A stretch of DNA of 64,000 bases from Schizochytrium sp. TIO01 (taxonomy: Eukaryota > Protista > Bigyra: Labyrinthulomycetes), in assembly GCA_004764695.1 (NCBI GenBank), contig SMSO01000004.1:1488001-1552000 (forward strand), read 5' to 3'. The position numbers and the translations under genes were made by a program. This document shows, in pieces, positions 49,001 through 61,477 of this stretch. The notes under the pieces were generated by a model, which was not told the origin of the DNA, did not search any database, and worked only from the letters and a program-made list of their open reading frames with translations. How positions within the stretch are numbered: the stretch's first letter is position 1; the number at the start of each line of letters is the position of its first letter.

Positions 49001-52000
49001 GCTTGCAATTTCTAGGCTTTTCATAATTCTCATTTTAGAAAATAATAATAATAATAATTATTATTATTATTATAACATAAATTATAACTCTTTGGCTGAT
49101 AGATTTCCTCCATTCACTCGAAGCCGACGTGTCGGGTCCAGAAGACGTCCTTATCCTCCGCTCGACTTGGAAACCTTTATAAAAAGCTGCAGTAGGTAGT
49201 AGTAACAGCACCACAAGCTGTACAAGCTTTTGCCTGGCATACATTTGCCCGTACTAAATTTTATACTGCTAAGTTTATAAAAAGATATGCATTTTTGTAT
49301 AAGTTATAAATAATAAAATGCTTTTCTCTAAATGTGCGAGCCACATCAAGCACTGCAAAAAGGCCATGCCTCCGCTCATAGCAAACAAACTAATGTAATC
49401 AAATTAAAAGTATATGAATCACTCACTCATGCGTTCTCCTCACCTCAAGATGCTATTTTTACTAATATCCTGTTTCGGTGAAAACAACGGAGCTTTGAGT
49501 GCTGCAGCAGCGAAAGAAAGAAATACTAAGCCTCTTCAGAAGCCACTTGAGCCGAAGGAAGGTAAAATCGGCCGTGGCCTCCAGAGGTTTGTTACTTTGC
49601 GGGTTATTTCACTCATATACTAAGTAGGCAGCCTACCTCTGTCGGCTGGCACTTCCACTCTGGGTACAACTAAGACATTTTGGTGATTTTCTTTGGTCTT
49701 GATCTTAGTTCTCTATAGGCCTATACAATGACCATGTACTCAGGCTACATCCATAATTTTTAAAAATATAATCAACTTAATTATTATTAGTATTTTAATT
49801 AATATCAATACTTTTAAAAAAAATCAAACTCCGACTCAACGTCCGTCGATTTTTCATTTCGAAATAAATACATAATAGAACAGCGCATTCTCAAATCAAT
49901 AGATAAATAGAAAATCAATCAGTCTTTGTCTTGTTCTTGCCTTTCTCTTCTTCTGTTCCCTCCTGAATTAGCGAAACCAGCGCCAACAGTGCCTCGAGTG
50001 CTACCCATCGATCGCCTGCCTGAGTCAGCTCCAGCTGAATGAAGCCTGCAAAGACCGAGTAGCAGTAGGTTTTCTGGAGCGGACCCGGCCTCGTGTCGTG
50101 GACTCCAGCCTCCAGATCAGCCCAGACTGCGACCCAGCAGAAGGAAGCGATATTACCTGAGGAAGCAGCAAACCTGAAGGCTGAGCCCAAACAGTGTGAG
50201 TGAGAGAGTGAGTGAGTGCACTTTTTGAATTAACAACTATGGATGGATTTTACTTCAAAAGATCTTCCGAATGTAGCAGGTGTTTCATACAATCATATAC
50301 ATATCACATCGTCGAGGTCACGATCCTGATTTACAACAACTCATGCTTCATGACCGATGTCGCTCAGTTGATGGCGATCTTTGATCTCCTCAGTTGTATG
50401 CTGTATATGTCTTACCTCGCACCCCCCCCCTCCCGCAGGAGCAGATTGGTTTGATTGTTTCCCTGGAAAGTTTGTCTATCGTTGTTGACGTGAGTGCCTA
50501 CCTGAGTAGCTGTTCTTCTTCAAGTTTGCTTATTATCTATCATCTTGTTACCATATTCCATCCTGTCTTGGCTATATTTGTTTTTATTATTTATTTACAT
50601 TCCTTGGCTTGGTGTATTCATAAAATTTGCTGATGTAGCCTTCTTCGCAAGTTCACCGCTTTGAGCCAAAGAGAGCGCTCAAACCTTTTTCGTTTTGTTT
50701 TTTTTGTCTTTTCTTTAATTAATACTACTCTAGAGGTGTAGCCAAATAATTCCTCGCTTTGTGCGACTCTTCGCGAGTAAGCAGACTGAAAACCACTGTG
50801 CAATGATGTTTGGCTTTTTCTTGAACAATAAATTCTATTGTAATATCGGATGGGATGTTCACTTAATCTTTTCCCTTTTATGCAGGAAAAGGCAGCGCTG
50901 AGATTTCGCGGGCGTGTTGGAGTTCTAGCGAAGACTCGCCAAGACGGACGGCTCATGGGCGGCTGCGAAAGGTTTGCTTGCTTGCTTGCTTGCTTGCTTT
51001 CCTGAGTCTTCTTCAAACGCCCGGCAGACCGGGATGCCATGATGAGGAGATCGTGGAATGTAACACAGTTACTAATTAGTTAGTTAGTTAGTTAGTTGCT
51101 TATCCACACTGAGCGCCTTGGCTCCACACGTGGATGAGGATACCATGGTACTGATTTTCACTCGGGGAACTGGTCAAGAACAAGCTGCGAAGGAAAGCAA
51201 ACGCAGCTTTGGGTAGTCATGCAATCGGGAATTAGAGAAATGGAGAGCCACCGATCGAACGACCATCAGAGCCACGGAAGTCAGAACATCGGGAGCCGCC
51301 GGCACCACGATGGCTTAGAAAGATAGCAGGTAGGCTAGCTATCTATTTGCTGTTACGCGGCAAGTTAAAAGATTCCACGTGCGTTGGTTTGAATAAATAA
51401 GGACCTAGGTAGATAAGATTGCAGCCTTGGCTAATACAACGCACGCCTACACACTTAAGCTATGCATCTCTCATGAACGCTACAGAATGTGAGATCTTTA
51501 CTTTAAGAGAAAAATAGATTCTATACCTGCGGAGATAATATAGAAAGCATCAACAGATGGATCGTTCATAGCAAGACTTCGCTGAAAATTCATCATTGAA
51601 GCTATATGATCTGTGGGAGGTCCAACTTACATGCAGAAAATGTTATTGAAAATAATACTGCTCTGCTCTCTCTCTGAGCTTGAATTCAAGTCGCAAATTG
51701 ATTCGCTGTAAAAAGGTAACCTATTGGTAATAGATATCAAGTTTTTAAATCTGAATATCTAGATACAGAAAGATGAGTCTATGCAATTCGAGGTTTAGCC
51801 AGAAAGATGAAGGCAAGAGGCTTGAGGAACTTGGAAGAGCTTTTGTAAAACTTCATAAATTTGGCTTTAAGAGTTACCAATCTGATGTGCTTGCAAGTAG
51901 ACTGATTCATGTGTCCTTAAGGAGGGGAGGAAGTATACACCTGCACTACAAGTAATTGAGAAAATTAGGTTAACTCGTCTCTTCAACCATCAATTTACAG

Positions 52001-55000
52001 AGCACCATAGTTATTCTGTTAAACATTCATGTATACCTTTGGTTCTGTGGCTGCTTGGTTGGAAATCCTATATGAAACCTTCTCTATTCAGGACTTACAA
52101 TGGCCCACCAAAACCTTTAGCAATCGCTTGTCTCTAAGGCCCTTTAATAGAAGATCTCAGAACTACAACAAGAGCAATACCTCCAAGAGATGCCTCATAA
52201 AAATTAAACTGTAACTTCTATATTTACCACTTTTGCTTTGGCACAAGAATTACACCTGCAAGATTTATGTCTCCATCTCCGTGTATCCGTGAAGGGTGGA
52301 TCTTCGTCTTTACAACTCCTTGCTTTGTGGCAATGACAAACACATCCTTCTTGTGAACCCACGTCGATGTAATATAATCATTAGATCAATTTACCCGACA
52401 AATGCATATGAGGAAACTTATTCGAGGTAACATTGCGTCGTTCTGATTTCAAAGTAGCTTTTGCCAAACATTCGAATATACCCTGCCAAGATGACCAAAA
52501 GGGACAGAATCAAATGGTTTTGATTGTAAAGCTCCTGCAAAAACGTATTTATAGAGTTTGCTATATTTGTCATGGGTAGTTTTGATCAGGTCAAGACTGG
52601 CAATTTCCTTGCCAATCTTGAGCAAACTTTTCAAACATATAGGTCTTAAGCAAAACGAAGCGTTTAAACATTCCTGTAAACATAAGGAATACGAAGATTA
52701 ACGAAAAAAATTGAAAGGCTGTTTCAAATACGGAAACATGTCTATTATGATCAAGGAAAGGCCTTTGGGCGCATGACATTGAAATGTGTTGTCTGATCTG
52801 TTTTATCTAACAGGCAAGATGAGGGTAAGATGCGTCAAGAATTGAAAGTACTTTCTTTTCTTATGTCTTTAGAGTATTAGATATCTCCAATGCTTGACCT
52901 CGGGGATAAATTGCAATGTGAATTGATTCGTACTTAGCTGAGGAGACCAAGGTGATATTATGACGCCAGCACCTGATAAGTTAGAGGTTGACGGGGAAGA
53001 CGAAGATAAGACGCTTGGAGATAAATACCAAGGCGGATTGATTTATAATATAATTAAAAGGCTAAGGCAAGCCTTCCATGAATAACGCTTAGCTAAGGAA
53101 GGTAGGTTCATCTGTCTTCCTCCACCACTAATCCAGGTATTGCCTTTAAATATTCTCTCCCTTGACTCCCTTGGTTTCGAACATCTTTGCACTTGGTTGT
53201 CTACTGCTTACACTGTGCAATTCCTAAATTTTTAGGACTTATAATACTGTATGTAAGCAACCACTTGCTATCATGACCCTTGGACTGATGATCCTAATAC
53301 TTTAAAGTGACGGCAATGAGATTATCTCATTGTCCAAGTCTTCTATTCATATTTCTCATGTTCACTTTCTAGTGGAGATGAATGCGACCTTGTAAATCCT
53401 GTTATTTCTTAGGTTGCTTAGCTCTTAGTCATTTCATTGGAGCTTGTTATTGTAATTCAAATCAGCTCTTAGATCCTCAGGACTTACATTGGCAATTTAC
53501 TGTCTACAAGATCCTTCGATTTGGGATTTCGGCATGAGAGAACAAATAGTGGAACAGAAAAGTTATGCACATGGCAAATAAATCAGAAGCGTTGGGTAAT
53601 GTTGAGATCAGCAATCTTAACAACCAGCAGACCTGAAACTTCTAGAGTTCTAGGAGCTCCACTGTAAGCCTATAGGTTGGGAGGCATTCAGAAACAAATT
53701 GACTAGTGGTATCCTTGCCCGTCTTCCTGCCATTAAGTCATAGCCATCAGGTCAGAAAGGCGAATCCATCCATTGGAGTTCCAGAGATCACAGATAAGCA
53801 AAATCAAATCTATAGTAAGCAATATGTAGCAAGCATGTTTGTGAGTGATAGCAATGAGCCATGAAAGTTATGATGCTTCATATGTAAATATATTATTATA
53901 ATCAGAAGGCCTGGAATAAGTCACTAAGATCAGAAGATCCCTAACTTATAACCCCAAAACTATTTGGGTTTCATTTTTTATGTTGTGTTCAGTACACATC
54001 CTCTATATATCAACTACATTAGTCTATCTCCTATTTGATAAGTATCAACTTTCTGATGGTAACTAAATATGAATATAGGAAACGAAGTACGGAATAATTG
54101 TTATTGCCAGTATTATCGCCTTGGCGTATTCATGAGCAGAGATACAACCCCTTATGAAAAAATTACAGCTTTGATATGGTAGTAAAGATAGCTTTCATAT
54201 AAAGTAAACAATCTAAAACAAAAACCTTAAGGGAGTGATGGTCATAGTGATAAAGTATAAGAAGAAGAGAAAAGTAGTGCAGAGTGATTCGCTTGCTTTG
54301 AGGGGTATACAATTTTTCCTGAACATGAGAGTCAAATATGTTTACATCTTACAAATGATCTCATAGATGTAATGTTTACAAAGGAAAGGTAAATTAATTT
54401 GAATACAGTAGGAATTAAAACAGCTCATGCTCTTGCCACAAAACTATCACATGTTATCAAAGGGCGCTGAAGGAATCAGTAGAATGTACATTTCTTCGTT
54501 TTATCTCGCATTAATCATGATTAGAATTATCAGATTATAAGGATAGACTTCGCAACATATTTAACAGACAGATCTTTCATTTATATCATATGTAGTACTG
54601 TTTCTTCTATAATAATTCAGTATGACATGATATTTCCTACATATCGAGTTTCAGCTTTTGGAAAGAATAGAGCGCTTCCTTTGGAAAGCGCAATTGCTTT
54701 CACTACTACTCACCTCGAGTCAAATCGAGAATATAAAGCAATTATTAAAGTCATGTTGTTAATCATTTTCGCCCCATGATTTCAACCAACCTTTATTTAG
54801 AAAACCAGAAATTCAAAACAAGAAAACGAATCATCCCCCCTTGACAGAAAATATGTTAAAGTAGAGGAAGCAACTACAATTTCCAACCTATGTTGCTATC
54901 TACGCTATAAAGCAGCGATTTATTCTACGCAATTGACTGTGGACGAGTTTTTAAAACAGAACAAGAAACCACAGAAGTATCTTAAATCCTGGCAAATTTC

Positions 55001-55395
55001 GAAGTCTATATATAATCCCTGCGAGTGCCAGAACTCTTAGACAGCGCTGAAAAGGTGATACAAATCATTGTTGGAGATTCATTTCCGAATGACCATACCT
55101 GCTGCCTACTCTTCTCAAGGCTTTGTTTTGCACATCTTTGGTTTCACCTTGCCACGCGTGACCATAACCTGAGCGAGATTCTTACCCGTGAGCCTCATAG
55201 GTAATACTAATAGTATCTAGTACTGGGGCTACATGGATTTATCTAATTAGGTAGGAGAGAAAACACGATCGACGAAGGTTGTCGAAAGTTGGATTCTTTC
55301 TCTCGACGTCTTCGTTATCCAAAGCTGGTATAGCTGTGACTGACTTTGATCGAAGCCTGAAAGCTACCACGTGCTTTGGAGACAAGATACAAACG

Positions 55396-56132
55396 ATGAA
55401 GCTTTTCGTCTACGTACTCGCGCTGGCAGCGCTTCTGTGTGCCGCTGTGCCCGCCCAGGCCGAGATCTCTGCTAGCCGGAGCATCACGACGATCAACGGA
55501 GTGGACTTGGATATTGAGATTGACGGTACGTGAGGCAAGAGCACGGAGAGAAGTCGAAGATTACGCGGAAGAAAGGATAGCAAGTTGAACCTCCTGAAAA
55601 TATGCAGAGAGAATAGGCTAACGGAGAACTTTGATTCCGGATAAACTTGATCCAATATGATCTTCTCAATAATCTTTTGCGAATCGAAACAGGCTGCACG
55701 AAGAAGGATAAGTGGGGCTGCAAAAGCCTTAACACAGATTGGGGTAAGAACATCTCCGGTACTGTACATGCTAAGCTCAAGGAGGATCTCATTGAAGGAT
55801 CCTACTTCATCTCAACTATGCACTTGAAGACTGGCCTCTTCCCCATCCCGTTCAAGATCCAGTGTAAGCTCTGCAACGCTCGTTGCGGATTCAAGGTTCC
55901 TATCCTTGAGAAGGACTTTGATGTTGAGATGCCACCCTGCCCTATCACCGCTGGTGAGGTCACCCAGCACTTCAACGAGATGATCCCTCGTAATGACCCT
56001 GTCCCCTTGAAGCTTGGAGTTGATGGTATCGCCAACGTCTACAATGGCAACGGCCATGAAATTGCTGCTGTTCACTTTACTGGCTCAGTGAGTAACCAGC
56101 CTGCTCTTGAGGTCCAACTCGAGTTGATGTAA
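55396..56132 (+). CDS. Secreted ML-domain (MD-2/NPC2-like lipid-recognition) protein; exons 55396-55525 and 55693-56132
   Basis: Signal peptide MKLFVYVLALAALLCAAVPAQA; phase-1 intron GTACGT..ACAG (55526-55692) joins frames as ..IEIDGCTKKDKWGC..; six Cys, beta-strand pattern and PCPITAG motif. The ML assignment is moderate. Confidence 0.72.
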
Positions 56133-56514
56133 AAGACTGTATCAATCTCAGTGCTTCAAAATTCACCTTTGGCAGAATGCTCATCCGATCATACCTTCAC
56201 ATGAATACCTCAATGATCAAGATTGAGGCAGCATGAACCAAATATACTTTCCGTTATTTTTGGTATCTCATCTTTGCAAGGTCCGCGTAGATCCTAATAG
56301 CTTGCTTCTCACAAACTAGAATTGTTTATTTCTCTTTTCACTCTTTCAATTGCTTAATGATGCTAGTTGTAAATCACTAATCATGGCGCTGCATTGGAAC
56401 TTCCCAAGAAACACAAGTACTCATGCAGAGCTTCCTTATTGATAGGCAGATCATGTTTTTTCAACAACAACAAACGATGATGGTAAAAAAAATATATGTA
56501 AATTTCTACGATGA

Positions 56515-57503
56515 TTAGATCATGAAAGCAAGGTCCTCATTCTTGAGACCATCCCCAACGTAAACGCTACCAAAAAGCGCGGTACCAGGCTCATGATAAA
56601 ATGTGAATCCAGGATATAACAGACTTTTCAGAACAACTGCAGTCTTGCATGGGTCTGTCTGAAGAGACCATGAGCCAGTCGGGTGTGTGGATGTGATCGG
56701 TTCAAGAAATGCTTCTGGCTTGAGCAAGCCATCAATGTCCCGAATCGAAGCACCTTCATTGGGCTTGCGGAAAAGAAGATAGCTCCTTACATCTTGTGCA
56801 TCTGCTACACTTAGGCCTGTGAAATTCACATTCTTTGCAACACGGTGCAACGGGTCTACAACAAAAGCTCCACGCGGGACAACTGCAGTAGCATGGTGAA
56901 CATTCTTTACAACAAGAGCAAGCAGATCTCTCTCAACAAAAGCAGGCTTACCCAGGATCCCCTCCTCTTCTGAGGCCTCCACTGCGGGCACAAGCTCAGA
57001 CTGAGGAGCACCAGTAAACTTATACAAGGCACTCACTATAATTTTAATCAATAGCAAAGTCAAAGGTTTGATGATCAAGTCAGTCATCCTAGTTTCTTCG
57101 TATTACAAGAATGTTAATCACGAGCTGTAAATGTAGCCTCATGATCTGGCCAAAAGCAAGCTCACTGTTTTCGGTTCGACAATTGCGGTTGGGGAGAAAT
57201 ATCAAATTCAAACGTACCATCGGATGGGCGTGCGGTCCATTCTGTAGTTAAAGGACGCAACTTAAAGTCGTTGTTAGAGCAGAACCAAAAGGTCTGATCC
57301 GGGTAATCATCTTCTTCCTTGAGTTTATCCTGAGCAACCACCACTAGATAATCCGCTGTCTTGCCTTGGAGCTTGCCCCAGAAGCGAACATTCTCAAACC
57401 CAGACAAGTCAAGTCCTTGGATCTCGTTAGCAAGAAGAGTTTCCTCCTCTGGCGTCAGCCACGTCGTGGCAAGTTCGCCCATTCTTCTATCAAGGAAAGT
57501 CAT
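56515..57503 (-). CDS. RSPH9: Radial spoke head protein 9; exons 57503-57218 and 57035-56515
   Basis: LTPEEETLL..VRFWGKLQGKTADYLV; ERDLLALVVKNV..AVVPRGAF..NVNFTGLS; GSWSLQ..VVLKSLLYPGFTFYH..FGSVYVGDGLKNEDLAFMI. Phase-1 intron GTACGT..TATAG (57217-57036) restores the frame. Start could be the next Met. Confidence 0.92.
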
Positions 57504-58597
57504 TCTTTCAAGAGTGACACGAACTCTTCCTGATCTCACTTCGCCGCAAGAGTTTTTTTCTGCTCAGCCCCTGCCTCTTCGAGTAGCACTGTTTTGCCGA
57601 GACCTAGGTTCAACTTATCTCTACAATCTGTCAGGTCACGCCTCCTTAGTTTCTTTGTACGGGGTTCTGCCAAACAATACAGTAGTTCTGCCCATACACA
57701 CCTGGTGATAGTAACAAGTGGAGAGAACCGTTGAGCTAGTTTGGGTACCTAAGCAAATTCGGCGCCCTATTGCGCCTAATTCTTCTAGTTTCGAGACAAA
57801 ATCAAATTTAAAATATCTATCGACCTACCTATCCAGGTACCAGGTTCTAAGAGCTAGAAAACGTAATATGCGCATCGTGGTTATGATCTTATGACTTTTT
57901 CAAAATAAAGATCTCATTTCTTTCCTGAATTATCCGAACTTCAAGAAGACTGGATTTCTTGAAGCAAATATAAAATTAAAATAAAAAAATAAAAAGCTTC
58001 GTGTAGTAGTGAAGTATGAATTTTTCTCTACAGATGATAAAATTTGCAGAGCTAGTATTTCATATGGTAACCTTGGGCTAATGCCCAATCGCGAGTTTAA
58101 GATAACACGTACCTCAAAGACATTCTTTAAATCATGTCCTTGAATAGGCAGTGCTGCTGTTGCTGCTTCTGACATGAGTGAGTGCCAATTCCTTTGTTCA
58201 ACGGAGAAGAAAAAAATAAACGTCACGGAGAAATATTCTTTTGGTGATGTTGATTGCGGGAAAGAAGAGGTCTCAAGACTAATAAAGCAGGCAGGGCATC
58301 TCATTTCATTATTTTATAAGTTTAAAAGAAAGAGAAAGGAAAAGGAATCATGGGAAAAGAAGAAGTCTTCTTCGTGCTGATTGAAACATTTCATAAAATT
58401 TTAGAGGGGGGAACAAATTGGCTAATGAGAAAATCATAGCGTGTAAGTCCTGAATTGTGCGGAGTAAGACAAGGTTTTAGAAAAGAAGTATTGTCTGTGA
58501 GGTACTTTTCAGGCGACAGCGAATTGGTGCGGTGTTTTCTGCTAGGGTTTTGGTCAGTGCAGTTTTGCTCTTCAGACAGACAAACGAAGGATTACCA

Positions 58598-59637
58598 TTA
58601 TCGTCGAGAGTCCTTTAAGCTCGCTGCAATAGCCCTCTTTACCATTTCCTCTTCGTCATCCTCAGCATCTTGCTCAAATGAGTCGTTGTCGTACATAGCA
58701 TCTCCTTTACCTAGGCTTGCTGCAAGTGCTGCTTGAAGCTCGGCATCATCATCACCAAAGTCGTTTGCATCACTGTAGAAACGAGTAGAGTAGCGTCCAC
58801 CTGCCGTGGCCGCGTCGCTATGGACACTGCTTGAGGAGCCCATACTTGCGCGCAATGCGGCACGGAGATCAGGATCATCTACATCATCTAGTCGCATCGG
58901 TCTGGGGGGTTCGTCGCTAACGCCTACATCATCTACTCCAGGAACAAACCAGTCTGATCTTTTACCCATAGAGCGAACACCAACTCGCGGAATATTCCCC
59001 TGGACGACGAAGATCGAATAGCCCTCCTCTCGCAGCTGTCCAAGATACGCAGACAGATAAAAGAGGGAGATCAAAGATGGCCGCTTCTTCAAGGAATTCA
59101 AGTCCCAAATTTCGCAGCGAATGCTGCGAATTGTAAACCAATGGTTTGCAAGGTTGCAAACAAAGGCGACATCTTCGCTTAGATCTGCGTCGTCCCTGTT
59201 AAGGCGGGCAAGTACAGAGTTCAGCACGCTGCTGTCTTGCACAAGGTTGATCTGGTCGAACCTATCCAACGCTGTTGACAGCACCTGAATGCTGAAGTTG
59301 CCAGAATCATCAACATTATTGGATGTTGTAGCTGTGTTGAACATATTCCAGAATTTGCAAATTTTTCCAAAGTCAGTCAGCAATTACTCATCACAAGCAG
59401 ATAGCTATATTTTTGCCGTCACTTACCTCCCCCTCTTACGCTTCCGCCCATAAGGTGGCGCTCCATTTCGTCTAACTCGTGGGCAATCTCAGCGAGGTCA
59501 TCTGGCTTGAAATATGGACCTTGGAGTAGATTATTCAGGCAGTGCTGTCCGCACATTGATCCATATTGCTTCTCATGGTAAATAGCTTCCTCTTCTGCAT
59601 CTACACGACGAGCAGAAGATGACGACGAAGAGCTCAT
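58598..59637 (-). CDS. ATXN3: Ataxin-3 (Josephin deubiquitinase with 3 UIMs); exons 59637-59427 and 59331-58598
   Basis: IYHEKQ..CGQHCLNNLLQGPYF, NVDDSGNFSIQVL, NHWFTIR, DLNSL (Cys-His-Asn triad intact); UIMs DPDLRAALRASM, DAELQAALAASL, EEMVKRAIAASL; phase-1 intron GTAAGT..ACAG (59426-59332). Confidence 0.95.
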
Positions 59638-60032
59638 CCTTTCAAAGCTATCAAAAACAAAACAACAGATATCTCTCGATCCGTGCAGAGCGCAGCAAAC
59701 CTGCAGAGTGCAGCAAACCTGCAGAGCAGCCGCTCTCTTCTGTGACGGCGATGCCCTGCGAACCCAACTCTCTTTACTTCACAATCGAATCCCTCACAAC
59801 GCAAGCCGTGAAGAAGAGACCTTTTTTTGTAGCTGTTCGAGGACTGCAAGCACCCAAAGTCTCAATCGGCAGGGTGCAAGAGCAGGGACAACCAGAGGCG
59901 CCAAAATATGCTCAAGCTATCGAGCGAGCGAGCGATCTTCACAATGATTTGCTATGAAGATGGTATTTAATCTTTTTCTTTTTTCTTTCTTTTTACGTAC
60001 ACACAAATTGGAAAGCTAAGAGCGCACACATA

Positions 60033-61060
60033 ATGGAACTTGAATACTCAGACTCGACTTGGACCTCGATTTAAGTTGGATCAAATATTACAAACAAAAG
60101 AGCCCCGACGAAGAAGACGACAGTGCCAATGATGAAGATGATAATTTCAATGCAAATAACAGAGCTGTATATCTCAGCTTGCGTTAAGAAGCAGCATTGA
60201 GGGAGGAATTACTAGCGATAGTTTGATTACAAAGACCTTGTAGATCTTGAAAAGGGACAAGGCCTAGATCGATGCGAGAGCAAGGTGCAACCTTGAAAGT
60301 AGTTACTTGTGCCTGAGCGAGAGGAGTGTTAGTTGAGCACTCCTTCTTCTGCTTTGCTTGTTTTCATATTTTATTCTCGCTCCGCTTAAAGATTGCTATC
60401 CAAGGTGGGTGTGGTGTGCCTACAATGAGCGAGGGAACTCAAGAAATATGCCCGCTCGAAGGGACACGGCAGAAGTCAGAGCAGTATCTCGCGAGGGAGC
60501 GTGCAAGCGTACAGGAGATGACCGCGAGAAAGCACAACGACGAGAGGTATTGCTGGAGAGCCCAAAGAACACAAACTCGAACAACTTTATTGACACGTTC
60601 TTTTGTTCGCGTTTAGAGCCTCGAGCAGGTTCTGGCGAGGAAGTGGTTTAGAAAGACACCACGAGGTAGAAACGTAGGTATATATCAATCTATGCCTTGT
60701 CCACCGGCATGGCACCATTGGAAATACAGATTGCGACACACTCGCTTGTTAACGCCCACACAGCGGCTGCATTGCCTCTGCCGAGTTGAGCTCTTTGGTG
60801 ATCGGTTCTCGAGCACGAGAGTGGAATTTCATGGATTGCAAAGTCTACCTAAAAACAGAACTGCAGCAGCTACGAATCTGTACAGAGGCCTCCATTTGGC
60901 CCAAACGGTCACCCTCTTCACTGATATCTAGACTAACCCTCGTTCACGTACATGGATCCAGCGGTGATTCGCTGGTGACGATGAAAAGGGTCAAATCCAG
61001 CAGCCACCTCGTACCAAACCAGAGTCAGTCGTCAGGAATTAGCAGGTGCATTGAATGAGT
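60033..61060 (+). pseudogene. Possible decayed coding relic (unidentified)
   Basis: ATG GAA CTT GAA TAC.. then, after a frameshift, DLDLDLSWIKYYKQKSPDEEDDSANDEDDNF; further protein-like fragments broken by stops. No family recognised. Confidence 0.25.
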
Positions 61061-61477
61061 TTTGACTATGATGCTCTACTGGAACAGAAATGTGTTCTGC
61101 TCGTTGATGAGGTTTAACTCGGTTATTTATTTGCTAGTTCTAGAGAACAATGAGTCCGACCACTTTCGGAGCAGGATCAGATCGCGCTACGGAATTGGAT
61201 ACAGTGGTAGGTACGTAAGTCCGCTGTGATACATAAACCTGTTCAGAGTCCGTCTCGTTGTGGCAGAAACGATTCTTCGGTCCGCTGGGAGGAGAAGTAC
61301 CTTTGGCACTGTGAAGGAAGTAAACAAAAGCAAAGCCAGGAAGGACTTTGTGCATGCAGCAGACCTGAAAAGAACTGAAGCTCGAAGCAGCATCAAAGCA
61401 CCGAAGAGCAAGCAAATCTGCAAAGAAAAGAGAAGTGAGCGGTAGAAAAGCTTGGCTGCAGCAAGTGTTTGAGGAAG

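Larger units (their letters stand above)
15403..55395. promoter_or_regulatory. About 40-kb intergenic region 5' of two divergent genes (bZIP on -, ML-domain on +); putative extended cis-regulatory domain
   Basis: No ORF with a recognisable domain; all track ORFs are 226 aa or shorter and many are microsatellite-derived. Flanking gene spacing is only about 0.2-1.8 kb. Regulatory role is inferred. Confidence 0.55.

Noticed and set aside
26719-50027. AP-1 sites TGAGTCA/TGACTCA
   Set aside because: About 6 seen versus about 5 expected by chance in 40 kb; not enriched on their own.
53470-53525. DLHWQFTVYKILRFGIS resembling a reverse-transcriptase motif
   Set aside because: Too short and degenerate; no YxDD motif in a compatible position.
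59692-59726. 18-bp-period duplication upstream of ATXN3
   Set aside because: Two copies only; ordinary slippage.
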